From Ignavibacteriota bacterium (GTDB lineage: Bacteria > Bacteroidota > Ignavibacteria > UBA10030 > CAVZMI01), in contig CAVZMI010000023.1 in the NCBI GenBank assembly GCA_963776275.1, forward strand, positions 96,001-160,000: 64,000 nt of DNA, in the 5' to 3' direction. Position 1 is the first letter of the stretch, and every line of letters begins with the position of its first letter. Under the pieces are notes generated by a model. That model was not told where the DNA came from. It saw nothing but the letters and a program-made list of their open reading frames with translations, and searched no databases. The translations under genes and the position numbers were made by a program. Positions 52,822 to 61,743 of this stretch are shown here, piece by piece.

Positions 52822-53012
52822 CCAGCGGCTCAAGCTTACCGGATGAGCGTGAGTACTTTACGCATGGCTTGTGGTGGGTTTCAGTTTTCATTATAACGTT
52901 CTTTATACATCATGACTTTTGTGTAATTAATTATGTTATCAGAATGAATCTGGTTTCGTTTAGTACAATTTGAAAGTTATCAGTGCCGCAGCTTAGCCGT
53001 CATCCTTTAGGC
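52816..53012 (+). other. Complete long attC recombination site (~197 bp)
   Basis: R'' gtataac; left arm cggctCaagct pairs with right arm agcttagccg leaving one extrahelical base; R' tttaggc (G to T relative to GTTAGGC). Confidence 0.82.
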
Positions 53013-53026
53013 GAACCCGGAGGATA

Positions 53027-53503
53027 TTGTACCATATGGATGAGTCATATTTCAACAAACAAGTAACACTAATTCGAACCATCGTCGGCGCTGTTCTGGC
53101 CCTTGCCTCGTTACTTTTCTTATGGAAAGGCATTTCTGGTATAGGTGAGATCGGATTGGATTTCCAATTCTTCAGTGGTAAATTCTCTACGACATCTGCT
53201 GGTTTTGCTTTATTATTTGCTGGAGTGATTCTTCTCTTACCACGTCGGCTTCCACAGGATGGTCGAACTAATGAACGACGTAGTCTTGGTCAAATGGCTA
53301 TCGGAATATTGTTCTATATTTTTATAGGTTTACTTCCAGTCATTGGCTGGATAGGCATTATAATTTATCTACACTATAATAGTCCTGATGATATAAAGAA
53401 TATCTCTGTGTTGGGAGCGTACGCTATAATGAGCGAGGTCCCACTTTTTTTCTGGGTAGTTCAGCAAGTGTCTAAACTTCTTCAAAGCGGGACAAAGAAA
53501 TAA
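53027..53503 (+). CDS. Hypothetical 4-TM membrane protein (cassette)
   Basis: Starts directly after attC with GGAGG RBS; followed by ctaac-type stub at about 53545-53565. Confidence 0.7.
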   Translation: MYHMDESYFNKQVTLIRTIVGAVLALASLLFLWKGISGIGEIGLDFQFFSGKFSTTSAGFALLFAGVILLLPRRLPQDGRTNERRSLGQMAIGILFYIFIGLLPVIGWIGIIIYLHYNSPDDIKNISVLGAYAIMSEVPLFFWVVQQVSKLLQSGTKK

Positions 53504-53578
53504 TAATTCTCAAAATTCAGTCGAACTGGAAACTAATAGTTGCAGTCTAACTAACAGGTGTTCAAGGGAGGCAAAGTC

Positions 53579-54025
53579 ATGGCAGGATATATCTGGCAAT
53601 GCTCGCACTGTAAGCTAAAAGCTTCGTTCCCTGAGATGCAAGCACAAAGAGGCATAGTTACGTTTATCTGGCGTACGCTACTGCCCTCGAATTGGGACCA
53701 CAATCTTCTTGTGCGTGACTGTCTCAAGTGTAAGAGACGAGAGATGAGAATCACATTTGAATTTCCACGACAGCAGGATCCAGAATTGTTACAAATCAAG
53801 CAGATTGTTGGCATCTCTCCCAATGGAGGTGACTATTTGCCAATGATGTGGGAGTCATTTCCAGTTGGTCATATTGATCAAAGCTGGTTTAGTTTCAACT
53901 ACGTCAGACTTGTTGACGGAAAAATGAATTCCTGGGGACTTAACAAAGCCGCAGTATTTGATAGAGATGAATTTCGTAAGATAGTACAGATTTATGAACA
54001 AAGCACTGGCCGCACATTCCAGTGA
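53579..54025 (+). CDS. Hypothetical zinc-finger protein
   Basis: GGAGG RBS; CSHC...CLKC. Confidence 0.65.
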   Translation: MAGYIWQCSHCKLKASFPEMQAQRGIVTFIWRTLLPSNWDHNLLVRDCLKCKRREMRITFEFPRQQDPELLQIKQIVGISPNGGDYLPMMWESFPVGHIDQSWFSFNYVRLVDGKMNSWGLNKAAVFDRDEFRKIVQIYEQSTGRTFQ

Positions 54026-54135
54026 TTTCTATGGTACACTAATTAGTTGCTCATGCTGACGAATGTGGACTGCTGGGTCGCTCATACTACATTAGCAAAA
54101 GTCAAATATATCATTATTTCATATAAGGAGAAAAG

Positions 54136-54624
54136 ATGAGAGCATTTATTAGTTATAGTACAAAAGATCTTGATCTGGTCAACCAGATAGCTAATAGAAT
54201 CAACGGCCTCATCCAAGGTGTGAAATATTGGGACAAATCTAAGGAACCTGGAGAGCATGCTTGGAATAAAATTCACAGTTGGATTGATGAAGCGGATATT
54301 GTTTTTGTGTTGATTACAGGAAACACGGTTGAACGAGGAATATCCGTTGGAATGGAAGTCGGCCGAGCAAAAAAGGCGGATAAGTTAATTATCCCCATCG
54401 TTTCGAAAGATATTCTAAATACAGAGTTAGGTTTCTTATCTGAGATCGCCTACCAGCCCATCGATCTCAAGAATCCCATAGTGGCATTGGATGAAATCGA
54501 AAAAGCGCTCAGAATGAGAGTTGTTGCGAATCAAATGTTAGAGGAACAGAAAAAAAATATTCAGAATATATTCGTAATTATAGCGATCTTATGTATCATT
54601 ATCGCAATACTATCAAAAGAGTAA
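54136..54624 (+). CDS. TIR domain protein with C-terminal TM helix
   Basis: AFISYSTKD, IDEADIVFVLIT, VGMEVGRA (catalytic-type Glu), IIPIV; hydrophobic tail. Confidence 0.82.
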   Translation: MRAFISYSTKDLDLVNQIANRINGLIQGVKYWDKSKEPGEHAWNKIHSWIDEADIVFVLITGNTVERGISVGMEVGRAKKADKLIIPIVSKDILNTELGFLSEIAYQPIDLKNPIVALDEIEKALRMRVVANQMLEEQKKNIQNIFVIIAILCIIIAILSKE

Positions 54625-54698
54625 TATTGCAAACCTTAACAAATCGTGAAACATTCTTAAGGAGAAAAAATGGGCTACTGGATATATGGTTTCTTTCT

Positions 54699-54779
54699 TG
54701 ACCAGCCCCAAAAGTGATCCAAAGTATGTTATGGATCAAAGGAGGTAGCGATGGGCAGTTAAGCGGCCATCCGTTAGGT
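54699..54779 (+). repeat. IS3 left-end stub fused to attC right arm (R' GTTAGGT at 54773)
   Basis: tgaccagccccaaaagtgatccaaagtat...atgggcagttaagcggccatccGTTAGGT. Confidence 0.75.
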
Positions 54780-54883
54780 GTTCAGATGGAATGTTATATT
54801 GAAGAAACACGCATCAAGGTTGTTATGAAGAAACGATATAAACACTAGTTAGACGGCAGCTGCCTGCAATACGAGGCTCACTT

Positions 54884-55810
54884 ATGATTCTTTATAAGTT
54901 TACATCTGCTCAACGTGGTATAGATATTCTTAGTAGTAATTCTATTCGTTTTTCTCAACTTGAGGTGCTTAATGATCCTTTCGAATCCTTCCCACCAGTT
55001 GAAGGTTTCATTACAAGAGAATTCGCATTTAAGATATTCGATTTCGCTTTGAGTAATGAAGATATGTTGAATAGCCTCATCGAGAAATCCCTTAAACGGA
55101 TGTATAACGACCTCTCTTATGCACAGAAAGCTCTCTTGGATTTCTACAATTATAAGATAATTGCTAAAAAGATTGTTGACGCTGAAATAGCAAAGAGGAA
55201 TACCACAATGGTAGACCTTCTTCGAACATTTCTTGAAACGAACTATGAGGCTTTTCTTTCAACAGTGAAACAACAGATTAATGTCTTATTAACAAAAAAC
55301 ATCTGTGTGCTAAGTCTTAGTACTGCAAAATCAAACCATCAAATGTGGTCACATTACGCAGATTCCCACAAAGGCATTGCTATCGGTTTTAATTCGAACG
55401 ATCCTTTTTTCTCTAAAGCCTTAGAAGTCCAATATCGAACCGAAAGACCAAAGATAAATCTCTTCCCAATTCCCGAAGAGGAACAAGAAAAACTAAAGCT
55501 TACAAAAGCCATTATGGCTACAAAGAATATAACTTGGCATTACGAAGAGGAATATAGACTTCTCAATGCAGCTGATTTGCTACAAAAAGATTCCGCGAAT
55601 GATCCGGATGGATTTCCGATCTTTGTGGCATCTTTTCCCGTCCAGTCTGTGCAGCATGTCATTTTCGGATGCAACACACCAGAAAATTATAGGAAAAAAG
55701 TGATCGAAATTGTCGTAGCCAAATACCCCGCCGCCAGATTAAGCGATGCTATCTTGGATACCCAGACTTTTCAAATCAATTTTAAGCCGTTAAATATGAC
55801 TGCGGATTAA
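54884..55810 (+). CDS. DUF2971 domain protein
   Basis: LYKF...LNDPFE, MWSHYADSHKGIAIGF, KNITWHYEEEYR. Confidence 0.88.
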   Translation: MILYKFTSAQRGIDILSSNSIRFSQLEVLNDPFESFPPVEGFITREFAFKIFDFALSNEDMLNSLIEKSLKRMYNDLSYAQKALLDFYNYKIIAKKIVDAEIAKRNTTMVDLLRTFLETNYEAFLSTVKQQINVLLTKNICVLSLSTAKSNHQMWSHYADSHKGIAIGFNSNDPFFSKALEVQYRTERPKINLFPIPEEEQEKLKLTKAIMATKNITWHYEEEYRLLNAADLLQKDSANDPDGFPIFVASFPVQSVQHVIFGCNTPENYRKKVIEIVVAKYPAARLSDAILDTQTFQINFKPLNMTAD

Positions 55811-55940
55811 CCAGTCGTTCCCCGCTTATAAGCATATCAGGGCAAACGTTGTATTAAACTCAGCTCTTCTTGACAATCTCACCGCCTCTTCGTACAATAC
55901 ACGCATGAATTCTTCTCATTAATCAGCAAGGAATCCGACA

Positions 55941-58900
55941 TTGTCTGCCCCCGACACGATACTCCGCCTCATTGACCGGTTCGACCGGAATAAAGATGAA
56001 TATAAAAATCCGGGCTATAACGAAACTCAGCTCCGCCGCGAGTTCCTCGATCCATTCTTCGGAGCACTCGGATGGGATGTGGAAAATAAACAGGGATACG
56101 CCGAAGCGTACAAAGAGGTTGTCCACGAAGACGCCATCAAAGTCGGCAGTGCCACAAAAGCACCTGATTATTCTTTCCGAATAGGCGGCATGCGAAAATT
56201 TTTTGTCGAAGCCAAAAAACCTTACACAAATCTCAAAGAGGATGTAAGTCCGGCCTTCCAGCTACGCCGTTATGCCTGGTCTGCAAAACTACCGTTGAGT
56301 ATTTTGACTGACTTTGAAGAATTCGTCGTTTATGACTGCCGTATTAAGCCAGTTCATACCGATAAATCTTCGACCGCGAGGACATTGTATCTTCCGTACA
56401 CCGATTATGAAAGACAGTGGGATGAGATATACAATATTTTCTCGCATGAAGCGGTTCTCAAAGGTTCGTTCGATAAATATGCCGAGACGAACAGGCTTAA
56501 AAAGGGAACTGCCGAAGTCGATGATGCCTTCCTGAAAGAGATAGAATCGTGGCGCGATACGCTTGCACGTACAATTGCACTGCGCAATACAAAACTCACA
56601 CAGCGTGAATTGAACTTTGCAGTCCAGCGCACAATAGACCGTATTATATTTCTCAGAATCTGTGAAGATCGCGGAGTTGAAACGTACGGCACACTCATGG
56701 CTCTTCAAAACGGCGAGCGGGTTTATAAAAAGCTGTGCGAGATTTTCTATCGTGCCGACGAGAAGTATAACTCCGGACTTTTCCATTTCCAGCAAGAGAA
56801 AGGACGCCCCGAAACCCCGGATGAGCTGACACTTACGCTCGATATCGACGATAAACCGCTAAAAGAAATTATAAAAGGACTTTATTACCCCGATAGTCCG
56901 TACGAGTTCTCTGTTCTACCGGCCGATATACTCGGACAAGTGTACGAACAATTCTTGGGCAAAGTAATTCGCCTTACTGAGGGGCATCGTGCTGTTGTTG
57001 AAGATAAACCAGAAGTGAAAAAAGCCGGTGGTGTATATTACACACCGACGTACATCGTAGAGTATATTGTGAAGAATACGGTGGGGAAACTGCTCGAAGG
57101 TAAAACTCCAAATCAAGTTACTAAACTGCATATACTCGATCCCGCATGCGGTTCAGGTTCATTCCTCATTGGGGCATATCAGCATTTACTCGACTGGCAC
57201 CGTGATTGGTACGTGAAAGATGGAATTGACAAATGGACACAGGGACGCAAGGCCACGCTTTATCAAGGACAGGGGGGCGACTGGCGGCTTACAACTTCGG
57301 AGCGGAAACGTATTCTTCTGAACAATATTTATGGCGTTGATATTGATACTCAGGCAGTTGAAGTGACAAAGCTTTCGCTTCTGCTTAAAGTTTTAGAAGG
57401 AGAAAATGAACAGACGCTGTCATCCCAGCTAAAATTATTCCACGAACGAGCGCTTCCCGATCTTGGTGACAATATCAAATGCGGTAATTCGCTTATCGGT
57501 CCGGATTTTTATGATGGACAACAACTATCTCTCTTAGATGGAGTAGAGCGGCTGCGGATTAACGCATTCGACTGGAATAAAGAATTTGCCGAGATAATGA
57601 AGGGTGGTGGGTTTGATACGGTAATTGGGAATCCGCCATATATACGTATGTTAATAGTAGATAAATCCGAATTAGTTTACATGAGTAATAAATATTCATC
57701 AGCTACCGGCCATTTTGATATTTATGTATTGTTCATAGAGAAAACCAGAATTCTTGTGAAGCATAATGGTCGGGTCGGCATGATAGTTCCATCAAAATTT
57801 TTACAAGCAAATTATGGTCGTGGTCTGAAAGATATCTTATTAAGAGATAAACATTTGGAATCATTTGTTGACTTTAAGGATTATCAAATTTTTAAAAATG
57901 CTTCCACTTATACTTGTGTGCCAATTTTTGATTATTCAAACGCATATGATAATATTACAATTATTACTCCGAAAGATAATAGGTCGGTAGCATTAATCAA
58001 TGATACAAAAAATATCAACGATAACTATTTTCTATATGATTCAGCTCTTGAATCGATTACTTTTAATTTAGGTACATTTCAGAAACAGGAATTAAGAGAC
58101 ATCGAAAATAGATTATCTCACTTGGGAATTACTACACTAGAAGATTGTTGTGAAAAAATCTTTCAAGGTTTAGCGACAACAGCTGATCCGGTATTTACAT
58201 TCGATTTAGTAAAAGAGAAAAAATCAACATATATAGGTTTTTCAAAATCTATAGGTGCTAATTTTGAGGTAGAAAAAAATATCTGCAAGAAATTAGCAAA
58301 AGGGTCAGATATTAAGCGATACCGATTGATCAGCCCGTCAAAATATTTCATCTTCCCATACATCATTGCAAATGATAAAGCAAATGTAATTCAATATGAT
58401 GAAATGAAGAATAATTATCCTCTAGCGTTATCTTATCTTAAAATGAATAAAGATCTGTTGGATAAAAGAGAACATGGGAAAATGATCGTAAGAAAAGATT
58501 GGTACGCCTATTCGCAAGAACATAATCTCAATTATTTTGAAAGAGAAAAAATAATAACGCAAGTATTGGCAAAAAGAGCCTCTTTTACAATTGATAAAGA
58601 AAAGGATATATATTTTGTGGGTGGAGGTAATGCAGGAGGGTATGCTATTGTTCCTAAACGACTAGAGATGATTAAGTACTACCTCGCTTTACTGAATTCT
58701 AGATTGTTTGATTATCTTTTGCAGAGCAGAAGTAGTCGCTTTAGGGGTGGTTACTATTCATATGCACGTAGGTTCATAGGTGTCCTTCCAATACTGGAAA
58801 CACAATCACAGATTCAAGATTCTTTCACCTCACTCGTAGATAAAATAATGGGTCTAAATAGGGAATTCGGGTATTCTAAAAATCCACATGACAATACATT

Positions 58901-59024
58901 TGTCATAAAAGAAATTGATGCGATTGAGAAACAGATTGACACTCTGGTGTACGAGCTTTACGGATTGACTGAGAAAGAGATAAAGATTGTGGAGGGGGAA
59001 GGGCAAAAGATAATTAAAAATTAA
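55941..59024 (+). CDS. Type IIG restriction-modification enzyme (fused nuclease, N6-adenine MTase and TRD; Eco57I/TaqI_C-like)
   Basis: APDYSF...FVEAKK nuclease; GVYYTP, ILDPACGSGSFL, IGNPPY; C-terminal IDTLVYELYGLTEKEIKIVE. Confidence 0.93.
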   Translation: MSAPDTILRLIDRFDRNKDEYKNPGYNETQLRREFLDPFFGALGWDVENKQGYAEAYKEVVHEDAIKVGSATKAPDYSFRIGGMRKFFVEAKKPYTNLKEDVSPAFQLRRYAWSAKLPLSILTDFEEFVVYDCRIKPVHTDKSSTARTLYLPYTDYERQWDEIYNIFSHEAVLKGSFDKYAETNRLKKGTAEVDDAFLKEIESWRDTLARTIALRNTKLTQRELNFAVQRTIDRIIFLRICEDRGVETYGTLMALQNGERVYKKLCEIFYRADEKYNSGLFHFQQEKGRPETPDELTLTLDIDDKPLKEIIKGLYYPDSPYEFSVLPADILGQVYEQFLGKVIRLTEGHRAVVEDKPEVKKAGGVYYTPTYIVEYIVKNTVGKLLEGKTPNQVTKLHILDPACGSGSFLIGAYQHLLDWHRDWYVKDGIDKWTQGRKATLYQGQGGDWRLTTSERKRILLNNIYGVDIDTQAVEVTKLSLLLKVLEGENEQTLSSQLKLFHERALPDLGDNIKCGNSLIGPDFYDGQQLSLLDGVERLRINAFDWNKEFAEIMKGGGFDTVIGNPPYIRMLIVDKSELVYMSNKYSSATGHFDIYVLFIEKTRILVKHNGRVGMIVPSKFLQANYGRGLKDILLRDKHLESFVDFKDYQIFKNASTYTCVPIFDYSNAYDNITIITPKDNRSVALINDTKNINDNYFLYDSALESITFNLGTFQKQELRDIENRLSHLGITTLEDCCEKIFQGLATTADPVFTFDLVKEKKSTYIGFSKSIGANFEVEKNICKKLAKGSDIKRYRLISPSKYFIFPYIIANDKANVIQYDEMKNNYPLALSYLKMNKDLLDKREHGKMIVRKDWYAYSQEHNLNYFEREKIITQVLAKRASFTIDKEKDIYFVGGGNAGGYAIVPKRLEMIKYYLALLNSRLFDYLLQSRSSRFRGGYYSYARRFIGVLPILETQSQIQDSFTSLVDKIMGLNREFGYSKNPHDNTFVIKEIDAIEKQIDTLVYELYGLTEKEIKIVEGEGQKIIKN

Positions 59025-59223
59025 CCCTTCGACTCCCCGCCTACGGCGGGTCGCTCGACGGAGTCGTACTTTAGTGCAGGGCAAGAATTAAAAAGGAAAA
59101 AGAGGAAAGCGGATAAATAAAAGAGCTCGGCGGTAATCGTGCCCCGGCAGTCCCGACGAGAGGAGGGACTCCAGTACTTTAGTGTTTGGGGTGCGTAGAA
59201 TAAATTTAAATGCGTTTTATTTA

Positions 59224-59746
59224 ACGCAGGCTGAAGCCTGCGGCTACCGTCTCGCCAATAATAAAAAGCATCGGCGGTAGGCGCACCCCTTGGGGTGCGT
59301 GGAATTGGTATATACTCTTTGAAGGAATGCTTCTAAACGAGGCAAACAAAAAAGGATGCAATTTAGATGCCTATATCTTTATGCCCGATCATTGCCATAT
59401 CTTGCTTTCGGGGAAAGATGTCCAATCCGATTGTCTGCGAACAATCATTGCTTTCAAACAGCGAACGGGATATTGGTTATCGAGAAACAAGCCGGCTATC
59501 AGATGGCAGAAAGATTTTTATGACCATATCTTGAGAGAGGAAGAGGATCTTCAGAAACACATATTATATATTTTAAATAATCCGATGAGAAACGATCTTG
59601 TTCAAGATTGGAAACAATATCCGTTCAAAGGATCGACAGTATATAATTTTGAGGGATTTGAATAGAATATAGCTTATTCGACGCGGACATGAAGTCCGCG
59701 GCTACCGTCTCGCAATAATAAAAAGCATCAGCGATAAGCGCACCCC
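59224..59746 (+). mobile_element. 5'-truncated second RAYT (ORF 59327..59665) flanked by ~66-bp direct repeats made of paired GTAG REPs
   Basis: FMPDHCH, WQKDFYDHILR, YILNNP; acgc...gcggctaccgtctcgc(c)aataataaaaagcatc...gcgcacccc at 59224-59289 and 59681-59746. Confidence 0.85.
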
Positions 59747-59838
59747 CGGATTTCTGCCTCCGGGCGGAAATACAGTACTTTAAAGTACACGACAGACTGA
59801 TTTTACATCTTTCGAGACTGAAAAGGAGGGAGTAAGTT

Positions 59839-60438
59839 ATGCTCCGCGGTTATTGGATAGTTCTGTCTGGACTCTGTCTGTACGCCATTGCAAATATAAT
59901 CTGGAAAGTCGTCGGACGCTCTCGCAAGCGACGTATCGAGCGATTGATGCTAGCGCAGGGTGCGGTTAAACATGAGGATGGTTCAATAACATTTTCAAAA
60001 GGTGGATTCCAATTCTGCCGGAACCTTGTACCCACCGGTGAATACGTCGGAGCTGGAGAGGTTCCGATTTTTTGCGCGATTAACAAGGTCGAACTCGGTG
60101 GAATTCGTCCGGTCCTGGATACTGTGCGAATTTCTCGTCGCAAGTCAATCCTTTCCAGCAATCCGGAGAAACTCAGATTTGAGACGAGTGTCGGTTCAAA
60201 ACGGTTCGTAGGCGAGTTGCACCCGACATCGGGCTATGTGGTCTATGTGTGCGATCGGAGGGATACCGAGAATGCCGGCAGACTGGTGAATGCTTTTCGG
60301 TCGGTGTTAGATGGCGGCTTAGAGAAATCATGGACGGTTGGCCGATCGTATGGATTGATATATCGCCCTCTGATACCGGATGCAGTATGCGGTTCTTCTC
60401 GCTGGACTCGCTGGCAGCCCTTAACAAGCGAAGTATGA
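59839..60438 (+). CDS. Hypothetical protein with N-terminal TM helix, possibly degraded at the 3' end
   Basis: AGGAGG RBS, 199 aa. Confidence 0.5.
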   Translation: MLRGYWIVLSGLCLYAIANIIWKVVGRSRKRRIERLMLAQGAVKHEDGSITFSKGGFQFCRNLVPTGEYVGAGEVPIFCAINKVELGGIRPVLDTVRISRRKSILSSNPEKLRFETSVGSKRFVGELHPTSGYVVYVCDRRDTENAGRLVNAFRSVLDGGLEKSWTVGRSYGLIYRPLIPDAVCGSSRWTRWQPLTSEV

Positions 60439-60583
60439 TCTCCAGGTTTAACCAGAGCACTTTATCGGCATGCCAAATTCTTCTGGCTGAGTTCGATGGA
60501 AAAAAGTTTATCCCGAGCGAGCGAACGGAGTGAGCGAGTAGAGGGGTAAAAAGTATATCGTTCCGCGAAGCAGTTAAAAAGAC

Positions 60584-60780
60584 AAGAGATAAAGATTGTG
60601 GAGGGGAAATAAAATGAAGGGGCGTGGTAATCAAATTCAGATGAGTATGTTTAAAACGATGTAGGTCGAGCAGTCTGCTCGACCTACAGGTTTCTTAAGC
60701 TATCAAGCATGTATTTATCGGAGATGCAGTGCGATCGCATCGACCGCCAAATCGACGAAGCGGTGTATGAGCTATACGGT
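60584..60780 (+). pseudogene. Two orphan fragments of Type IIG C-terminal tails with a GTAG REP (60661-60687) between them
   Basis: 60584-60606 is identical to 58975-58997 (EIKIVEG); 60721-60780 encodes [20 protein letters not shown]. Confidence 0.8.
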
Positions 60781-60894
60781 CATAGTGCTTTGGGCTATCG
60801 TCCTCCGGCATCAGAATATTTTTACCGTATTCAGCTTGCCAATGCCTTATGAAATCACTAACTTTGTATTGGTATATAATTCGGGGGCAGGTCA
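60781..60894 (+). mobile_element. IS3-family transposase 3' remnant with right inverted repeat
   Basis: Translates [12 protein letters not shown]; ends gggggcaggtca. Confidence 0.8.
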
Positions 60895-60973
60895 ATACGG
60901 AGGACTCCAGATCGATCAAGCAAAGCGGTATAAAGATCGGACAAAAACGTACCGAAGAAGGAGGCAAACGACG

Positions 60974-61546
60974 ATGAGCATACTCGGCACACAAACCGAA
61001 AAAAATCTTTTAACGGCCTTCGCAGGCGAATCGCAGGCACGCAATCGCTACACATTTTTTGCGTCGCAGGCGAAGAAGGATGGATTCGAGCAGATTGCAG
61101 CGATCTTTCTTGAGACTGCCGACAACGAAAAAGAACACGCCAAACGATTCTTCAAGTTTCTCGAAGGCGGCAAGGTTGAAATTACGGCAACGTTTCCGGC
61201 CGGCATAATCGGAACCACGCAAGAAAATCTGAAAGCCGCCGCCGATGGTGAACAGGAAGAACACACGGAAATCTACCCGCAGTTCGCCGAGATAGCGAAA
61301 CAGGAGGGTTTCTCTGAGATCGCGCAGGTATTCCGTACCATCGCGACGGTCGAGAAGCACCACGAGTCGCGTTACCGGAAATTATTGAAGAGTCTCGTTG
61401 ACGGTAGCATATTCAAGAAGGAAAAAGTTGTACGCTGGAAGTGCAGGAATTGCGGTTACATACACGAAGGCAAAACCCCGCCGAAAAAATGTCCAGCCTG
61501 CGAGCATCCGGAAGCCTTTTTCGAGATGATCGTCGAAGAGGAGTAA
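60974..61546 (+). CDS. rbr: Rubrerythrin
   Basis: [32 protein letters not shown]...CPAC rubredoxin-like domain; GGAGG RBS. Confidence 0.96.
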   Translation: MSILGTQTEKNLLTAFAGESQARNRYTFFASQAKKDGFEQIAAIFLETADNEKEHAKRFFKFLEGGKVEITATFPAGIIGTTQENLKAAADGEQEEHTEIYPQFAEIAKQEGFSEIAQVFRTIATVEKHHESRYRKLLKSLVDGSIFKKEKVVRWKCRNCGYIHEGKTPPKKCPACEHPEAFFEMIVEEE

Positions 61547-61743
61547 CCGAAACGAACTCGGCCTTTATCAGGATGCGCTGCGTTTAAAAAATAATTGCCT
61601 CTCGAAGACTACAGACATAGAGAGACCCAAAAAATGTCGAATGAATAGTAACATGAACCACGAATGATATTGAGTAGATGATGCCAGATTCAAGTCTCGA
61701 GTGCTTATTGTCGATAATATGATTATAAAAGGGAGACATTCAT

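Larger units (their letters stand above)
25169..60894. mobile_element. Accessory island / integrase-less integron-like cassette array downstream of tRNA-Val
   Basis: About 30 co-oriented unrelated genes separated by attC arms and repeats; IS3 and RAYT remnants; housekeeping genes resume at 60974. Confidence 0.75.

Noticed and set aside
25169-60894. Prophage or ICE integrated at tRNA-Val
   Set aside because: No integrase, phage structural or conjugation genes, and I found no tRNA 3'-end duplication at the right boundary
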